Origin: the human T2T-CHM13v2.0 reference genome, Homo sapiens
Direction: 5' to 3' (one strand)
Length of the DNA stretch: 64,000 bases
NCBI RefSeq assembly: GCF_009914755.1
Contig: NC_060931.1
Numbering within the stretch: the stretch's first letter is position 1; each line of letters begins with the position of its first letter. Made by a program: the position numbers and the translations under genes. Positions 18,690-34,041 of the stretch are shown here, in pieces. The notes below the pieces were generated by a model. It was given only the letters and a program-made list of their open reading frames with translations, was not told the origin of the DNA and made no database searches.

Positions 18690-18930
18690 ATAATAGCTAT
18701 AGCATTTATTGAACATTAACTATGTGCCTGTCACCATGTAACTGATTCTCCTCAAACCCTCAGAGGCATGGACCACTGTACTACTGCCATCCCCATTTTA
18801 TGGAGAAGATACTGAGGCAAAGGGGAGTTAAGTACCTTGCTAGGCACAGGCAGTTATTAACGCGGTAGAGCTGGGATTCCAAACCATTCTTGTAAGCAAC
18901 GCAACACTGCGTCTCTGGACTTAATCCAGA
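18690..18930 (-). mobile_element. MIR
   Basis: GCATTTATTGA...CCCCATTTTATGGAGAAGATACTGAGGC...AAGTACCTTGC core. Confidence 0.75.
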
Positions 18931-19638
18931 CCAATTTCTCTGATGCTCAAAAGTTGCCTGCATTAAATGCGCTTTTGTGAAATTCCTTCCTTCCTTCCTT
19001 CTGTTTTTTTTTTTTTTTTTTTTTTGTTTTGAGATGGAGTCTCTCTCTGTCACCCAGGCTGGAGTGCAATGGCACAAAGTCCGCTTACTGTAACCTCCAC
19101 CTCCTGGTTCAAGCGATTCTCCTGCCTCAGCCTCCCGAGTAGCTGCAATTATGGGTGCCCACCACTACACTCGGCTAATTTTTGTATTTTTAGTAGAGAC
19201 AGGGCTTCATCTTGTTGGCCAAGCTGGTCTCAAACTCATGACCTCAGGTGATCTGCCTGCTTTGGCCTCCCAAAGTGCTGGGATTACCGGCGTGAGCCAC
19301 CACGCCCGGCCAAAATATATTTCTTATATAAAAGAGAAAGTTTTCCTTGTGTTGTGTTCTACTCATGGTTAAAATGTTCCTAAAATGGGCCTTGTTGTTT
19401 TCTCTTCTTCTTCTCTAGAGCAGCTAGAAAGAAAGACACTTGTTCTTAACCCAAAGAGGCCTCTTCTAAAAATGTTTTCTATATTGGTGAGACTAATTAA
19501 ACTGGAAAAGTTCATCAACTAAATGATGAAACAAGGTAAAGCCTTTTGTTAATTATTTTTGAATAATTTATTCCTGGCCTGCCACCGTGGCTCACGCCTA
19601 TAATCCCAGCATTTTGGGAGGCTGAGGTGGGAGGATCA

Positions 19639-19932
<294 letters not shown>

Positions 19933-20834
19933 TTAGAATAAACAGAAGTATAAACATTCATAGGAGTTAGATTTGAAGACAACTGCTTTTAACACACAGA
20001 CCCACCAGGAAGTGAGCATCTTGGTGGGGTTTATTTATTATGTGTTTTACTTTGAACAGAGAACATGCACGTTCATTAGCTCAAAAGTGTTCTTGTCCTC
20101 GCATAGTGAAGGAAATGTGTGCAAGATAAGGATGAATGTGGTATGCAGGGAGATCCAGGCACGGCTGGCGTTTGGCTTTGCTGATGGCTGCAATGTGGAC
20201 TGTGGGCAAATTAACTCACCACTTTTTGAATGGCCTTTAGAGAGGAAATCCTAAAAAGATTCCAGGACTTGCAGCAGCCACACAGGAGATTGAGTATTCA
20301 AGGGAATAGAATGCTGAAGAACACAGAGACAGTTAGGTTAACTAAAGAAGATGAAAAATTAGTCTGGGCTCAGTGCTTCATACTTGTAATCCCAACACTG
20401 TGGGAGGCTGAGGCAGGAGCATCACTTGAGCCCAAAAGGTTGAGGCTGGCCTGAGTGACATAGTGAGACCCCCATCTTTACAAAAAATAAAAAGAAATCA
20501 ACTGGGTACGGTGGCACGCACATGCGGTCACAGCTACTCAGGAGGCTGAGGTGGGAGAATCGCTGGAGCCTGGGGAGGTGAGACCCTGTCAAGGAGGAAG
20601 AGGAGGATGAAGAGGAAGAAGGAGGAGCAGGGGGAAGAGGAGGAGGAAGAAGGAATAGAAGAAGAGCTGGGTGCGGTGGCTCATGCCTGTAATCCCAGCA
20701 CTTTTGGAGGCTGAGGCGGGCAGATCATGAGGTCAACAGATCAAGACCATCCTGGCCAACATGATGAAACCCTATCTATACTAAAAATACAAAAATTAGC
20801 TGGGCATGGTGGCATGTGCCTGTAGTCCCAGCTA

Positions 20835-21033
<199 letters not shown>

Positions 21034-21582
21034 CTACCTCTCACTGGGTCTATGGGGAAAATATTGATTAAGGCAGAGCAGGTCTTCACAGAGAGACTAG
21101 GTTTGGTGAGTAAGAGATTCAAAAAGCTAGAAGGGAATGAGGATATTTAAGTTACTCTTATTGCATAATATATAACCACAAAACTTTAGGTGCTTAAAAT
21201 AATCTTTTTTTTTTTCATGGTTCTGGGAGTTGACTGGGTTCAGGTAGGTGATTTTCACTCGAGGTGTCTCATGCTGTTGCAGTGGCTGGGGCTGGAGTCT
21301 TCACAAAGCCTTCTTCAGTCCCATGTCTGGCAACTGATGTTGGCTGTCATCTGAAACCTGTGCTGGGACTGTTGATTGGAACATCAAAATGTGGCCTCTC
21401 CCTGTGATCTGGGCTTCCTCACAGCATGGTAGCTGGGTTCAAAGAGCAAGCATCCCAGGAAGACCACAGAGAAAAGATGTCTCCTTTTATGACCTACCTT
21501 GAATCACTTCTGCCAGTCACAGACCTTCTTGAATTCAAGGGAGAGGAGCATAGGCCTGACCTCACCATGGGAGCAATGTTAA

Positions 21583-21846
<264 letters not shown>

Positions 21847-21899
21847 TAGGCCTCCCAAAGTGCTGGGATTACAGGTGTCAGCCACCACACCTAGCACAT

Positions 21900-22670
21900 G
21901 CTATTAGTAAAAAGTCAGAAAACAGTCAGGTGAGATGGCTTGCACCTGTAACCTCGCACTTTGGGAGGCTGAGGTGGGCAGGTCACTTGAGGTCAGGAGT
22001 TCGAGACCAGCCTCGGCAACATAATGAGACCCCCCCCATCTCTATAAAAATAAAAAATTGAAAGTCAGAAAACAAAAGATGTTGGTGAGGGTTCAGAGAA
22101 AAAAGGAACACTTATACACCGTTGGTGGGAATGTAAATTAGTACAACCATTACAGACAACAGTAGGGAGATTTCTCAAAAAACTAAAAATAGAACTGCAA
22201 TCCAACCAGCAATCTCACTACTAGGTATCTACCCAAAGGGAAAGAAATCAATATATCAAAAAGTACCTGTACTCATACGTTTATCACAGCACTATTCATA
22301 GTAGCAAAGATATGGAATCAACCTAAGTGTCCATCAACAGATGATTGGATAAAGAAAATATGGTACATGTACACCACGGAACATGACCTAGCCACATAAA
22401 GAATGAAATCATGTCTTTTGCACCACTGTGGATAGAACTGGAGGCCATTCTCCTCAGTGAAATAATTCAGAAACAAAGTCAAATACTGAATGTTCTCATG
22501 CATGGGAGTTAAACAATAGGTACACATGGGGAGCAATAGATATTGGAGACTCCAAAAGATGGGAGGATGGGAGGAGGGTGAGGGGTGAAAATTTCCTATT
22601 GAGTACAATGTTCACTATTTGAATCATGGCTACACACAAAGCCCAGACCTCAGCACTCCACAATATATGC
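21900..22670 (+). mobile_element. L1PB-like LINE-1 3' fragment containing an Alu monomer (~21925-22060); extreme 3' end missing
   Basis: AAAAAGTCAGAAAAC..GATGTTGGTGAGG, CAACCTAAGTGTCCATCAACAGATGA, and L1PB-like 3'UTR to ...CACAATATATGCAT. Confidence 0.85.
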
Positions 22671-23082
22671 ATATAGCACTCCACAATATTTGCCCCTGGT
22701 CCAGTTGTGAAGTCTGATACAGAGTATCAATCAGTCAATGTTCTCCCTTGGTTTTGAATGTATTTCTTTTACTTCAAGAGTAAGTTGTCAAGCGCGGTGG
22801 CTCACACCTGTAATCCCAGCACTTTGGGAGGCCGAGGCGGGCAGATCACTTGAGGTCAGGAGATCAAGACCAGCCTGGCCAACATGATGAAAACCTGTCT
22901 TTACTAAAAATACAAAAATTAGCCAGGCATGGTGGCAGGCACCTGTAGTCTCAGCTACTCAAAGGCTGAGGCAGGAGAATCTCTTCAACCTGGCTGATGG
23001 AGGTTGCAGTGAGTCAAGATCACACCACTGCACTCCAGCCTGTGTGACAGAGCTAAAAAAAATTTTATAAAAATAAAAATAG

Positions 23083-24567
23083 CCCTCTCCCTCTCCCTCT
23101 CCCCACGGTCTCCCTCTCCCTTTCCCCACGGTCTCCCTCTCCCTCTCTTTCCACGGTCTCCCTCTGATGCCGAGCCAAAGCTGGACTGTACTGCTGCCAT
23201 CTCCACTCACTGCAACCTCCCTGCCTGATTCTCCTGCCTCAGCCTGACGAGTGCCTGCGATTGCAGGCGCGTGCCGCCACCCCTGACTGGTTTTCGTATT
23301 TTTCTGTGGAGACGGGGTTTCGCTGTGTCGGCCGGGCTGGTCTCCAGCTCCTAACCGTGAGTGATCTGACAGCCTCGGCCTCCCAAGGTGCCAGGATTGC
23401 AGACGGAGTCTTGTTCACTCAGTGCTCAATGTTGCCCGGGCTGGAGTGCAGTGGCGTGATCTCCGCTCACTACAACCTCCACCTCCCAGCCGCCTGCCTT
23501 GGCCTCCCAAAGTGCCGAGATTGCAGCCTCTGCCCGGCCGCCACCCCGTCTGGGAAGTGAGGAGCGTCTCTGCCTGGCTGCCCATTGTCTGGGATGTGAG
23601 GAGCCCCTCTGCCCGACTGCCCAGTCTGGGAAGTGAGGAGCGCCTCTTCCCGGCTGCCATCCCGTCCAGGAAGTGAGGAGCGTCTCTGCCTGGCCGCCCA
23701 TCGTCTGAGATGTGGGGAGCGCCTCTGCCCCACCACCCTGTCTGGGATGTGAGGAGCGCCTCTGCCCGGCCGTGACCCCGTCTGGGAGGTGAGGAGCGTT
23801 TCTGCCCGGCCGCCCCGTCTGAGAAGTGAGGAGCCCCTCCGCCCGGCAGCCGCCCCGTCTGGGAGGTGAGGAGTGTCTCCGCCCGGCAGCCGCCCCGTCC
23901 AGGAGGGAGGCGGGGGGCAGCCCCCGCCCGGCCGCCACCCCGTCCGGGAGGTGGGGGGCCCCTCTGCCCGGCCGCCCCTTCTGGGAAGTGAGGAGCCCCT
24001 CTGCCTGGCTGCCACCCTGTCTGGGAGGTGTACCCAACAGCTCACTGAGAACGGGCCATGATGACAATGGCGGTTTTGTCGAATAGAAAAGGGAGAAATG
24101 TGGGGAAAAGATAGAGAAATCAGATTGTTGCTGTGTCTGTGTAGAAAGAAGTACACATAGGAGACTCCATTTTGTTCTGTACTAAGAAAAATTCTTCTGC
24201 CTTGGGATGCTGTTGATCTATGACCTTACCCCCAACCCGGTGCTCTCTGAAACATGTGCTGTGTCCACTCAGGGTTAAATGGGTTAAGGGCGGTGCAAGA
24301 TGCACTTTGTTAAACAGATGCTTGAAGGCAGCATGCTCGTTAAGAGTCATCACCACTCCCTAATCTCAAGTACCCAGGGACACAAACACTGCGGAAGGCC
24401 GCAGGGTCCTCTGCCTAGGAAAACCAGAGACCTTTGTTCACTTGTTTATCTGCTGACCTTCCCTCCACGATTGTCCTATGACCCTGCCATATTCCCCTCT
24501 GCGAGAAACACCCAAGAATGATCAATAAAAAAATAAATAAATAAAAATAAAAATAAATAAATAAAAA
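23083..24567 (+). mobile_element. Full-length SVA retrotransposon (~1.5 kb, short VNTR)
   Basis: CCCTCT hexamers at 23083, antisense Alu-like domain, GC-rich VNTR (CCGTCTGGGAAGTGAGGAGCG units, ~23530-24030), SINE-R, AATAAA at 24524-24529, A-rich tail. Inserted into the tail of an Alu. Confidence 0.97.
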
Positions 24568-25406
24568 ATTTTAAAAACACATGGGATGGCAGAACTTGTT
24601 GCAGCCACCTTGGAATATAGAATTTGCCACAGAGGGCAAGTAGAAAGTATGTCAGAGTTTAAGATTTCAGAAATCTAGCCATCCAAAAGGATCACAAGAG
24701 CCATTCCTGTGGCGGCTTTGAGGAGTGGAAGCAAAGGTCATCAGAGCTGAGAAAGACGTGGGATGATGAGTCAGGCGAATTGCATGCTCATCCACATGGA
24801 TGCTGACATCCTCAGGAAAGCAGAAGGACTTCAGATAACAGAGGGCAAAACAAGATTTCATTCTTTTTTTTTTTTTTTTTTTAGAGACAGGGTCTTTCTC
24901 TGTCACCCAGGCTGGAGTGCAGTGGCGTGATCTTAGCTCACTGTAGCCTTGAACTCCTGGGCTCAAGCAATCCTTCCGCCTCGGCCTCCTGAATAGTTAG
25001 GGCTACAGTGTGTGCCCCCACGCCTGGCTAATGTTGTATTTTTATTTTTTGTAGAGATGGGGTCTTGCTATGTTGCCCAGGCTGGTTGATAACTCCTGGC
25101 CTCAAGCGATTCTCCCACATTGGCCTCCCAAAGCATTGGGATTACAAGCGTGAGCCACTGTGCTCTGCCTCAAAACACTCTTTTAAAAGCTTTTGTTTTT
25201 TTTTTCTGGAGTGGTGAAATAATTAATCTCTGTGGTGAGGACTTCCTTTTTATTTGGGAAAAGATATTTGCTGTGGGCCTATTGTTTCTGCAAAAATACT
25301 AGTAGCTAACATTTTTTGAGTGTCCATTCATTCATTCAAAATATATATATGGGGGCCAGACATGGTGGCTCACACCTGTAATCCCAAGGCCAAAGCGGGT
25401 GGATCA

Positions 25407-25631
<225 letters not shown>

Positions 25632-26318
25632 TCAAATTAAAAAATAAAAATAAAAATAAGTGAGGGCTTATGAGGCATCAAAGGTCATTTATAGAATGTT
25701 GTTAGCAATTTAATTCATGATAGCTAAAAATGGGCCAGATGTCCATCTGTAGTAGAATGGACAAGTAAAATTGTGGATATCTACTATAATGGACTATTAT
25801 ACAGTAATGAAAAATAACAATCACTATTTGCAATAGCATGGGTAAACCTCCCAGACCTATTGATGAAAGAAGCCAGATGATCAAGAGATCTCATCAACTG
25901 AGTAAAGGAATCTATAAGAAGGGAAGATGCAGGAGTCCACTTAGATTTATTAAAATCATTAGGGATGTAGAGTAAGGTTTTTGTTTTTTGTTTTTGTTTT
26001 TGTTTCTTAATCAGTGTGTCACTCTGTCATCCAGGCTGGAGTGCAGTGAGGCAATGTTGGCTCATTGCAGCCTCAGTCCACACCCCTGCCCCAAGCCCTC
26101 TGGGCTCAATCAGTCCTCCCCCTTCAGCCTCTCAAGTAGCTGGAACAACAGGCATGCACCACACCTTGCTAATTTTGTATATATTTTTGCAGAGACCAGG
26201 GCTCCCTATGTTGCTCAGACTGGTCTTGAACTGCTGGCCTCAAGCAATCCTCCTGCCTCAGCCTCTCAAAATGTTGTGAGCCACCCCACCCGGGCAGAGC
26301 GAAGATGTTTTTGAGGAC

Positions 26319-27168
<850 letters not shown>

Positions 27169-27458
27169 AGGATATTGCTTATTACTCAAAATCACTATAT
27201 AAAGCCCCTGAAAAATTGAAAGCTGCAACCAGGGAAACACTGAAAATCTCCAAGAACACTGTGTTTCTTCTTAAAGACAGTGAGAAAAAGCACATACATC
27301 TGTTTTCCTTTTAGTGTTGGCCACCAGGAAGCTCAGAGCCAAATTTATGATGCAATTTTAATAACTATGTAAGCCCCTATGGCCTGCTTATCTGTGTTCT
27401 TATTCCTGGCCTTTCATTTTATTCTGACTTTTCTTTTTCTTCATCCTGATTGTATTAG

Positions 27459-27884
<426 letters not shown>

Positions 27885-28424
27885 TAAATTTAAAACATAG
27901 TTTTGCACATTAAAAAAAAAAGTTTTGCACAGGTCGAACAGAGTGTCCCCGGAGGTGGTGGTGGGAAGATCAGGTCATAGGTGTGTGTCTCTGGAGCTCC
28001 AAGCACTGGCCAGGGTTGATTTGGATTGGGTCAGAAAAATACAACGAAAAAAGGAAAAAGGATGGCAATTGATTGCCATCCCCAGAGGGAGGGGCCGAGG
28101 GTTCGCCCAGTCACCCACAGTGGCATCCTTGCAAGGTGCTAGTTGCACAGCTCCTCTAAGTCCCTCCCGCACTGGCGCGCTCGGCCCCGCCCCTACCCTG
28201 CCCCGCCCCTGCCCCACCCCTTTCTCCCCCGGGCTCCACCCCTCGCGCGCGTCGCCTCAATCTCCGCCCGCAGATCCGGCCTCCCCGGCGGTTGCGCACT
28301 CCACCCCCACCCTCCGCGCCCGCCCGCTCTTTCCCCGCCCCGTCCAGCTCACTCCTTTCGGGGCGGTTGGGCCGCGCGCCTGTGGGGGCGGGGCCCGGAG
28401 CAGGCGACCGAGCCAATGGGGCGC

Positions 28425-28448
28425 GGCGGCGGCGGCGGCGGCGGCGGC
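28425..28448 (+). repeat. (GGC)8 trinucleotide repeat in promoter/5' leader
   Basis: Eight consecutive GGC units directly after the CCAAT box. Confidence 0.95.
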
Positions 28449-28555
28449 CGCGGCAGCTGGGTCGGGTCCCGACGGGTGGCGGCGGCTGAGGTGGAGGCGG
28501 AGGGAGGCGGTGGAGGCGGAGGGAGGCGGAGGGAGGCGGTGGCGGCGGCGGCAAG

Positions 28556-28749
28556 ATGGCCACGGCCGTCCTGCTGAGCGTGTCGGTGCCGCGGTGGGAG
28601 CGGGTGGCCCGGTATGCAGTGTGCGCTGCCGGAATCCTGCTCTCCATCTACGCCTACCATGTGGAGAGGCAGAAGGAGCGGGACCCCGAGCACCGGGCCC
28701 TCTGCGACCTGGGGCCCTGGGTGAAGTGCTCCGTCGCCCTTGCCTCCAG
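28556..28749 (+). pseudogene. VKORC1L1: Duplicated copy of VKORC1L1 coding exon 1 (gene fragment, reading frame open)
   Basis: Translates to MATAVLLSVSVPRWERVARYAVCAAGILLSIYAYHVERQKERDPEHRALCDLGPWVKCSVALAS(R). This matches the VKORC1L1 N-terminus with about 5 substitutions versus the recalled human protein. Strong Kozak (GCAAGATGG), 194 nt, phase-2 donor CAG|GTAGCC at 28750. No downstream VKORC1L1 exons were found, so this is a paralogous fragment rather than the gene. Confidence 0.93.
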
Positions 28750-30607
28750 GTAGCCGGCTTTGGGGAGTGGGCCGGGAGCGGCCGAGCGGGGCAAGGGCGG
28801 AGTCTCGGGGTGGGGAGCGCGCGGCGGGAGCTCAGGCCTGGGGGCGGCGGGGACCGGGCCGCTGGGGAACTTACGGGGTCGGGTCGGGGCCGGGTGGGGG
28901 GTGGCGGCGGGGCGCTCCTGCCCGGGGGGCGGCCTGAGCCCAGGCCGCGGGGCGGAGGTGGCGGGGCCGCGAGGCAGCCGGGGAGGGATGAGGTGGCAGA
29001 GTGCAGCCGGGAGGCCGGGGCGGACGCGGAGCGGTCGGGTGGGCCGGGGCCGGGCTGGGCAGGAGCGCGAGGGGGCTGCGGAGGGTGGGTGCAGGCTGGC
29101 TTGACAGGTTTCCTGGTTCTCGGGAGGCGGGCCGGGGGTGTGGGACCTTGTCCGCCGCACCCGTGAGACCAGCGGCAGCGGGCCTCTTGTTCCCCCGATC
29201 GCTGCAGCCGAGGCTTTGGGGCCGGCGCGGAGACGGGGTTGCCTTTCCCACTGTTTTCCTGGTGCTAGGACAGGTGTTTCCGTGGTCAGGCCTCTTTGCA
29301 CTCCAGCGCTAGTGAGAATTTGCAGACTTACTGGGACTGTGACATTAGCTGGCAAACACAAATTTGACCCTACTGTGGAAGAAGATACCAGCACTTAACA
29401 TATCTGATTTCTTGGATTCCCTCTCGTATGTTTCAGTGTGCCAGGAGAAGGAAATGGTCTGAGTTTGGGTCTAGTTTAAGCTTCATTGGAGTAAAGGACA
29501 AGTATGTTATGTATATGGCGGTGTTTTAGGCATTGGGATGACTTTTAAACGTTGTTGCCTATTAGTATAATAGGATACCCACAACAGATTAAAAACACAC
29601 CCTTTGCTAAACTGGAGCGATTGGTTTGTGTTACTCATCATTTTAGTTTTTTCTTTAATGTTGTAATTGGTTTGTCTGTTATGTTTTATTTTAATGCATT
29701 ACATTTTCCTAGGCAAGTTACCTTGAAAAAGGGGGGAATTTACGTTTTAAAAGTGGCTGCTTTTTTTTTAATGGGGCGATTAAAAACATAAAAGTCGAAG
29801 GAATGATTTCAAAATGGATAGGTTACGATTTTAATAGAGACTATGTCTGATATTTAGATGTTTGTTAACAGTAGTCACATTTGAGCGATTTCTTCCCCTC
29901 CTGTTGATTGGTAAATTGGTATATATCAGAAATGTATAGCTCACTAGTTTATTTCAACTCATATATTGTTGATTACATGAACAAGGTAGCATTGGAGTTT
30001 CTCTTGTTATTGGTTACAAACTTCAGGGAACTGATCTTTCCACTTAGCCTTTTTCATGGACCAGATACTCTGTCTCATTTGCTCTTAAACCAAAATCCTT
30101 TCGCTTTTTAGAGGGGAAATAATTATCATAGGGCCAAATGGAACATTTTAAAAATGCATTTAAAATGTAGGTATCAGTTTACAGGGGAAAATGCATAGAT
30201 GTGACAAAAAGCTCACATTTGTTGTTGGTTATTCAGAACAAAGTTAATAGGCTGATTAGACTCTCAGATACGCTTTGAGAACCATTGAGTGTCTTTTATG
30301 CAAACATTGTTATGTTATTTCCACTTTCAGAAAGGACTTTTAAACTTACAAGTACCTTCCACCCAAAGTTAGTTGAATGAATAAATATTTAAGGAAAACA
30401 TTATGCAGCAGCACATTTCAAGTATTTTAAGAAACAAGAAGAACTAAAAATGACTTTTGATCCTAGTTTAATATGGAATTTAAGCAGAATTATTACCAAT
30501 TTTAGATTTTTTTTTTTTTGAAACAAGTAGTCTATAATAAATGGACCTTTTAATATTGGGGCATGGAAAGAGTACTTACTGTATGCTTAAGTTCTTTTTT
30601 TTTTTGA

Positions 30608-30868
<261 letters not shown>

Positions 30869-30974
30869 TGAGCCACCGCGCCTGGCCTGCTTAAGTGCTT
30901 AAAATTGACTTGGCCGGGCACAGTGGCTCACGCCTGTAATCCCAGCACTTTGGGAGGCCGAGGTGGGTGGATCA

Positions 30975-31295
<321 letters not shown>

Positions 31296-31568
31296 CTAGA
31301 GCTGCGTGTTTGTGCATAAAACATCAAGTAGTATATTAAAAATATGTATAAGTACATGTAAGACTAAAGGTAACTGGATCTCTTTATAGTTTTAAATGTG
31401 AATTTAATATGTTGTGACTGAAAGTGATGTTTCATTGTGTAGCTGTGGACGTAAAATAGTTTAACTTAGATGCTTGCCAAAGGAGGGTAGGTAAAAATAA
31501 GATTTGCTAATAAGAAGAGTAGATAACTTATTTGCCATGTATACAGTGAAATTAAGAAATTTGTTCAA

Positions 31569-31687
31569 TTTGATCAGCCTGTTTATAAACTACTTGCAAA
31601 AATCAAGTAGCTTATAAACTACTCATTTAATAAATGAATTTACAAATCAACTTGTTTTGCAGGTAGTTTATAAGCAGGCTGATCAAA
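31569..31687. repeat. ~120 bp imperfect palindrome with 33 bp outer arms (31/33 complementary)
   Basis: TTTGATCAGCCTGTTTATAAACTACTTGCAAAA (31569-31601) versus TTTTGCAGGTAGTTTATAAGCAGGCTGATCAAA (31655-31687); inner arms also partly complementary. Confidence 0.92.
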
Positions 31688-31777
31688 ATCACATATGTAT
31701 ATATATATATATAATCACATATATGTACATATATAGACTCATTTTCTTTTGGAAGTGCGTAGACAAAACATCATTGA

Positions 31778-31989
<212 letters not shown>

Positions 31990-32732
31990 TAGAGACGGGG
32001 TTTCACCATGTTAGCCAGGATGGTCTCAATCTCCTGACCTCGTGATCCGCCCTCCTCGGCATCCCAAAGTGCTGGGATTACAGACGTGAGCCACCGCGCC
32101 TAGCCTGAAAGAGACTTTAAATGAAAGCTGATTATTGGACACCTCAAGTTAGTTTCTTTTGAGTAGTGATTGCCGTGTAGCAGTAGTACTCAAATATGTA
32201 ACTCTTTTAGGAAAACAAAGTTTAAGTCCAGAGGAAAGTTAACAGATAAAGATTCTGAAGAAAGTCATCTTCCAGGATCCAGAGTCAGCACGTGGTTTTG
32301 GATTGCTCAAACTCACTTTATTCTCATTTCACAAGCCCTAAGTGTCTTAATCCAAACACAATAAGGTAGAGATTAATGAGAGAATCTTGAGAGGCAGGTG
32401 TTATCTGTGTGTAAAGTCCGCTATTATTTTGGGGAGGCATAATGATGGAAAGTTCCAGATTTTATATTTCTAAAGAAATATTTCACTGAAATTAGTAGGC
32501 TACAATAGAAATGCTGATTTTTCAATTCTACCAGGTACAGCCAATAAAAACAATAACACACCACTATCTCCTGTCATCATCGTTTCATTTAACAAAAGGA
32601 TATTTCCATTCAAACAATTTGAAAGAACAGAATCTCTCAGAATAGAAGATTTTTAAATGGAATCATTTAGCTATATGGAAAAGTTTACTTTCCGACCAGC
32701 CTGGCCAACATGCTGAAACCCCGTCTCTACTA

Positions 32733-32908
<176 letters not shown>

Positions 32909-33756
32909 TTACTTTCGTGTCCTTACTTTTTCCCATTTTCCCATAAATCGGTGAAAACTCTGCTGCAAACCTGCACCAGCCTGCCAGCTAACATTCAGTT
33001 AGCAGTCCCTGCCCCTTGGTTTGGTACACTGAGCTCAAATCTAAGGGATCTGGGTGGGCTACCACCTCTCCCAGTTCTTAGGCTTGTGGCCTTATCTTCA
33101 TGGTGCCTCAGTTTCTTATGTTAAATAGGGCTTTTAACACCTACTTAGGGCCTGGTGCAGTGGCTCACACCTGTAATCCCAGCACTTTGGGACGCTGACA
33201 CCTGGCAGACCTCTTGAGCTCAGGAGTTTCAGACCAGCCTGGGCAACAGGGCAAAACCGTGTCTTTACAAAAAATACAAACGTTAACCGGGCATGGTGGC
33301 GCATGCCTGTATTTCCAGCTTCTTGGGAGGCTGAGGTGTGAGGATCACTTGAGCCTGAGAGGCAGAGGTCTGCAGTGAGCCATGATGGTGCCACTGCACT
33401 CCAGCCTGGGTGGTAGAGAGAGACCCTGTCTCAAAAAAAGAAAAACAAAAAAACCTACTTTGCCAGATTAGTGTTATGATGAAAAGTGATACATGTATGT
33501 TCCTGAAATAAAGCCTGTCCTCAGTTATAGCTGTTACCATTGATTGGAGATGTTCTTTTTTTTCCAGTGTTTGATAATAAATGCCTTTAAGTTAAGTTTC
33601 TTGTACATACTTGTTTATATCTTTAAACATTAATTGTTTTAATGTAGTTTATTGCTGACTTCATAGCATAGTATAAAGATGTGTTCATTTAAAACAATTT
33701 TGAAGTTGTGCAAGAGAAACTAATATGCAGAATATTCTTTTTTTTTTTCTTTTTAG

Positions 33757-34041
<285 letters not shown>

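Larger units (their letters stand above)
28150..29260. promoter_or_regulatory. CpG-island promoter (VKORC1L1-derived) with GC boxes and CCAAT box
   Basis: Abrupt GC- and CpG-rich block in an otherwise CpG-depleted window. CCCCGCCC repeats at ~28185-28210, GGGGCGGGGC at 28385-28394, AGCCAATGGG with CCAAT at 28413-28417, no TATA box seen. Confidence 0.92.

Noticed and set aside
23530-24030. Spaced ~37-40 bp repeats superficially like a CRISPR array
   Set aside because: SVA VNTR in a primate genome; there are no unique spacers.
23261-24521. ORFs of up to 228 aa with internal repeats
   Set aside because: They are translations of the SVA Alu-like, VNTR and SINE-R domains.
28556-28753. Calling this the functional VKORC1L1 gene
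   Set aside because: It differs from the recalled human protein at several residues, no exon 2/3 was seen, and the same strand runs into a CCT6 pseudogene instead.
27925-29166. 413 aa ORF and overlapping 100-250 aa ORFs on both strands
   Set aside because: Low-complexity G/R/A/P sequence arising from the scarcity of stop codons in a CpG island; non-ATG start; the real coding signal is the VKORC1L1 frame within it.
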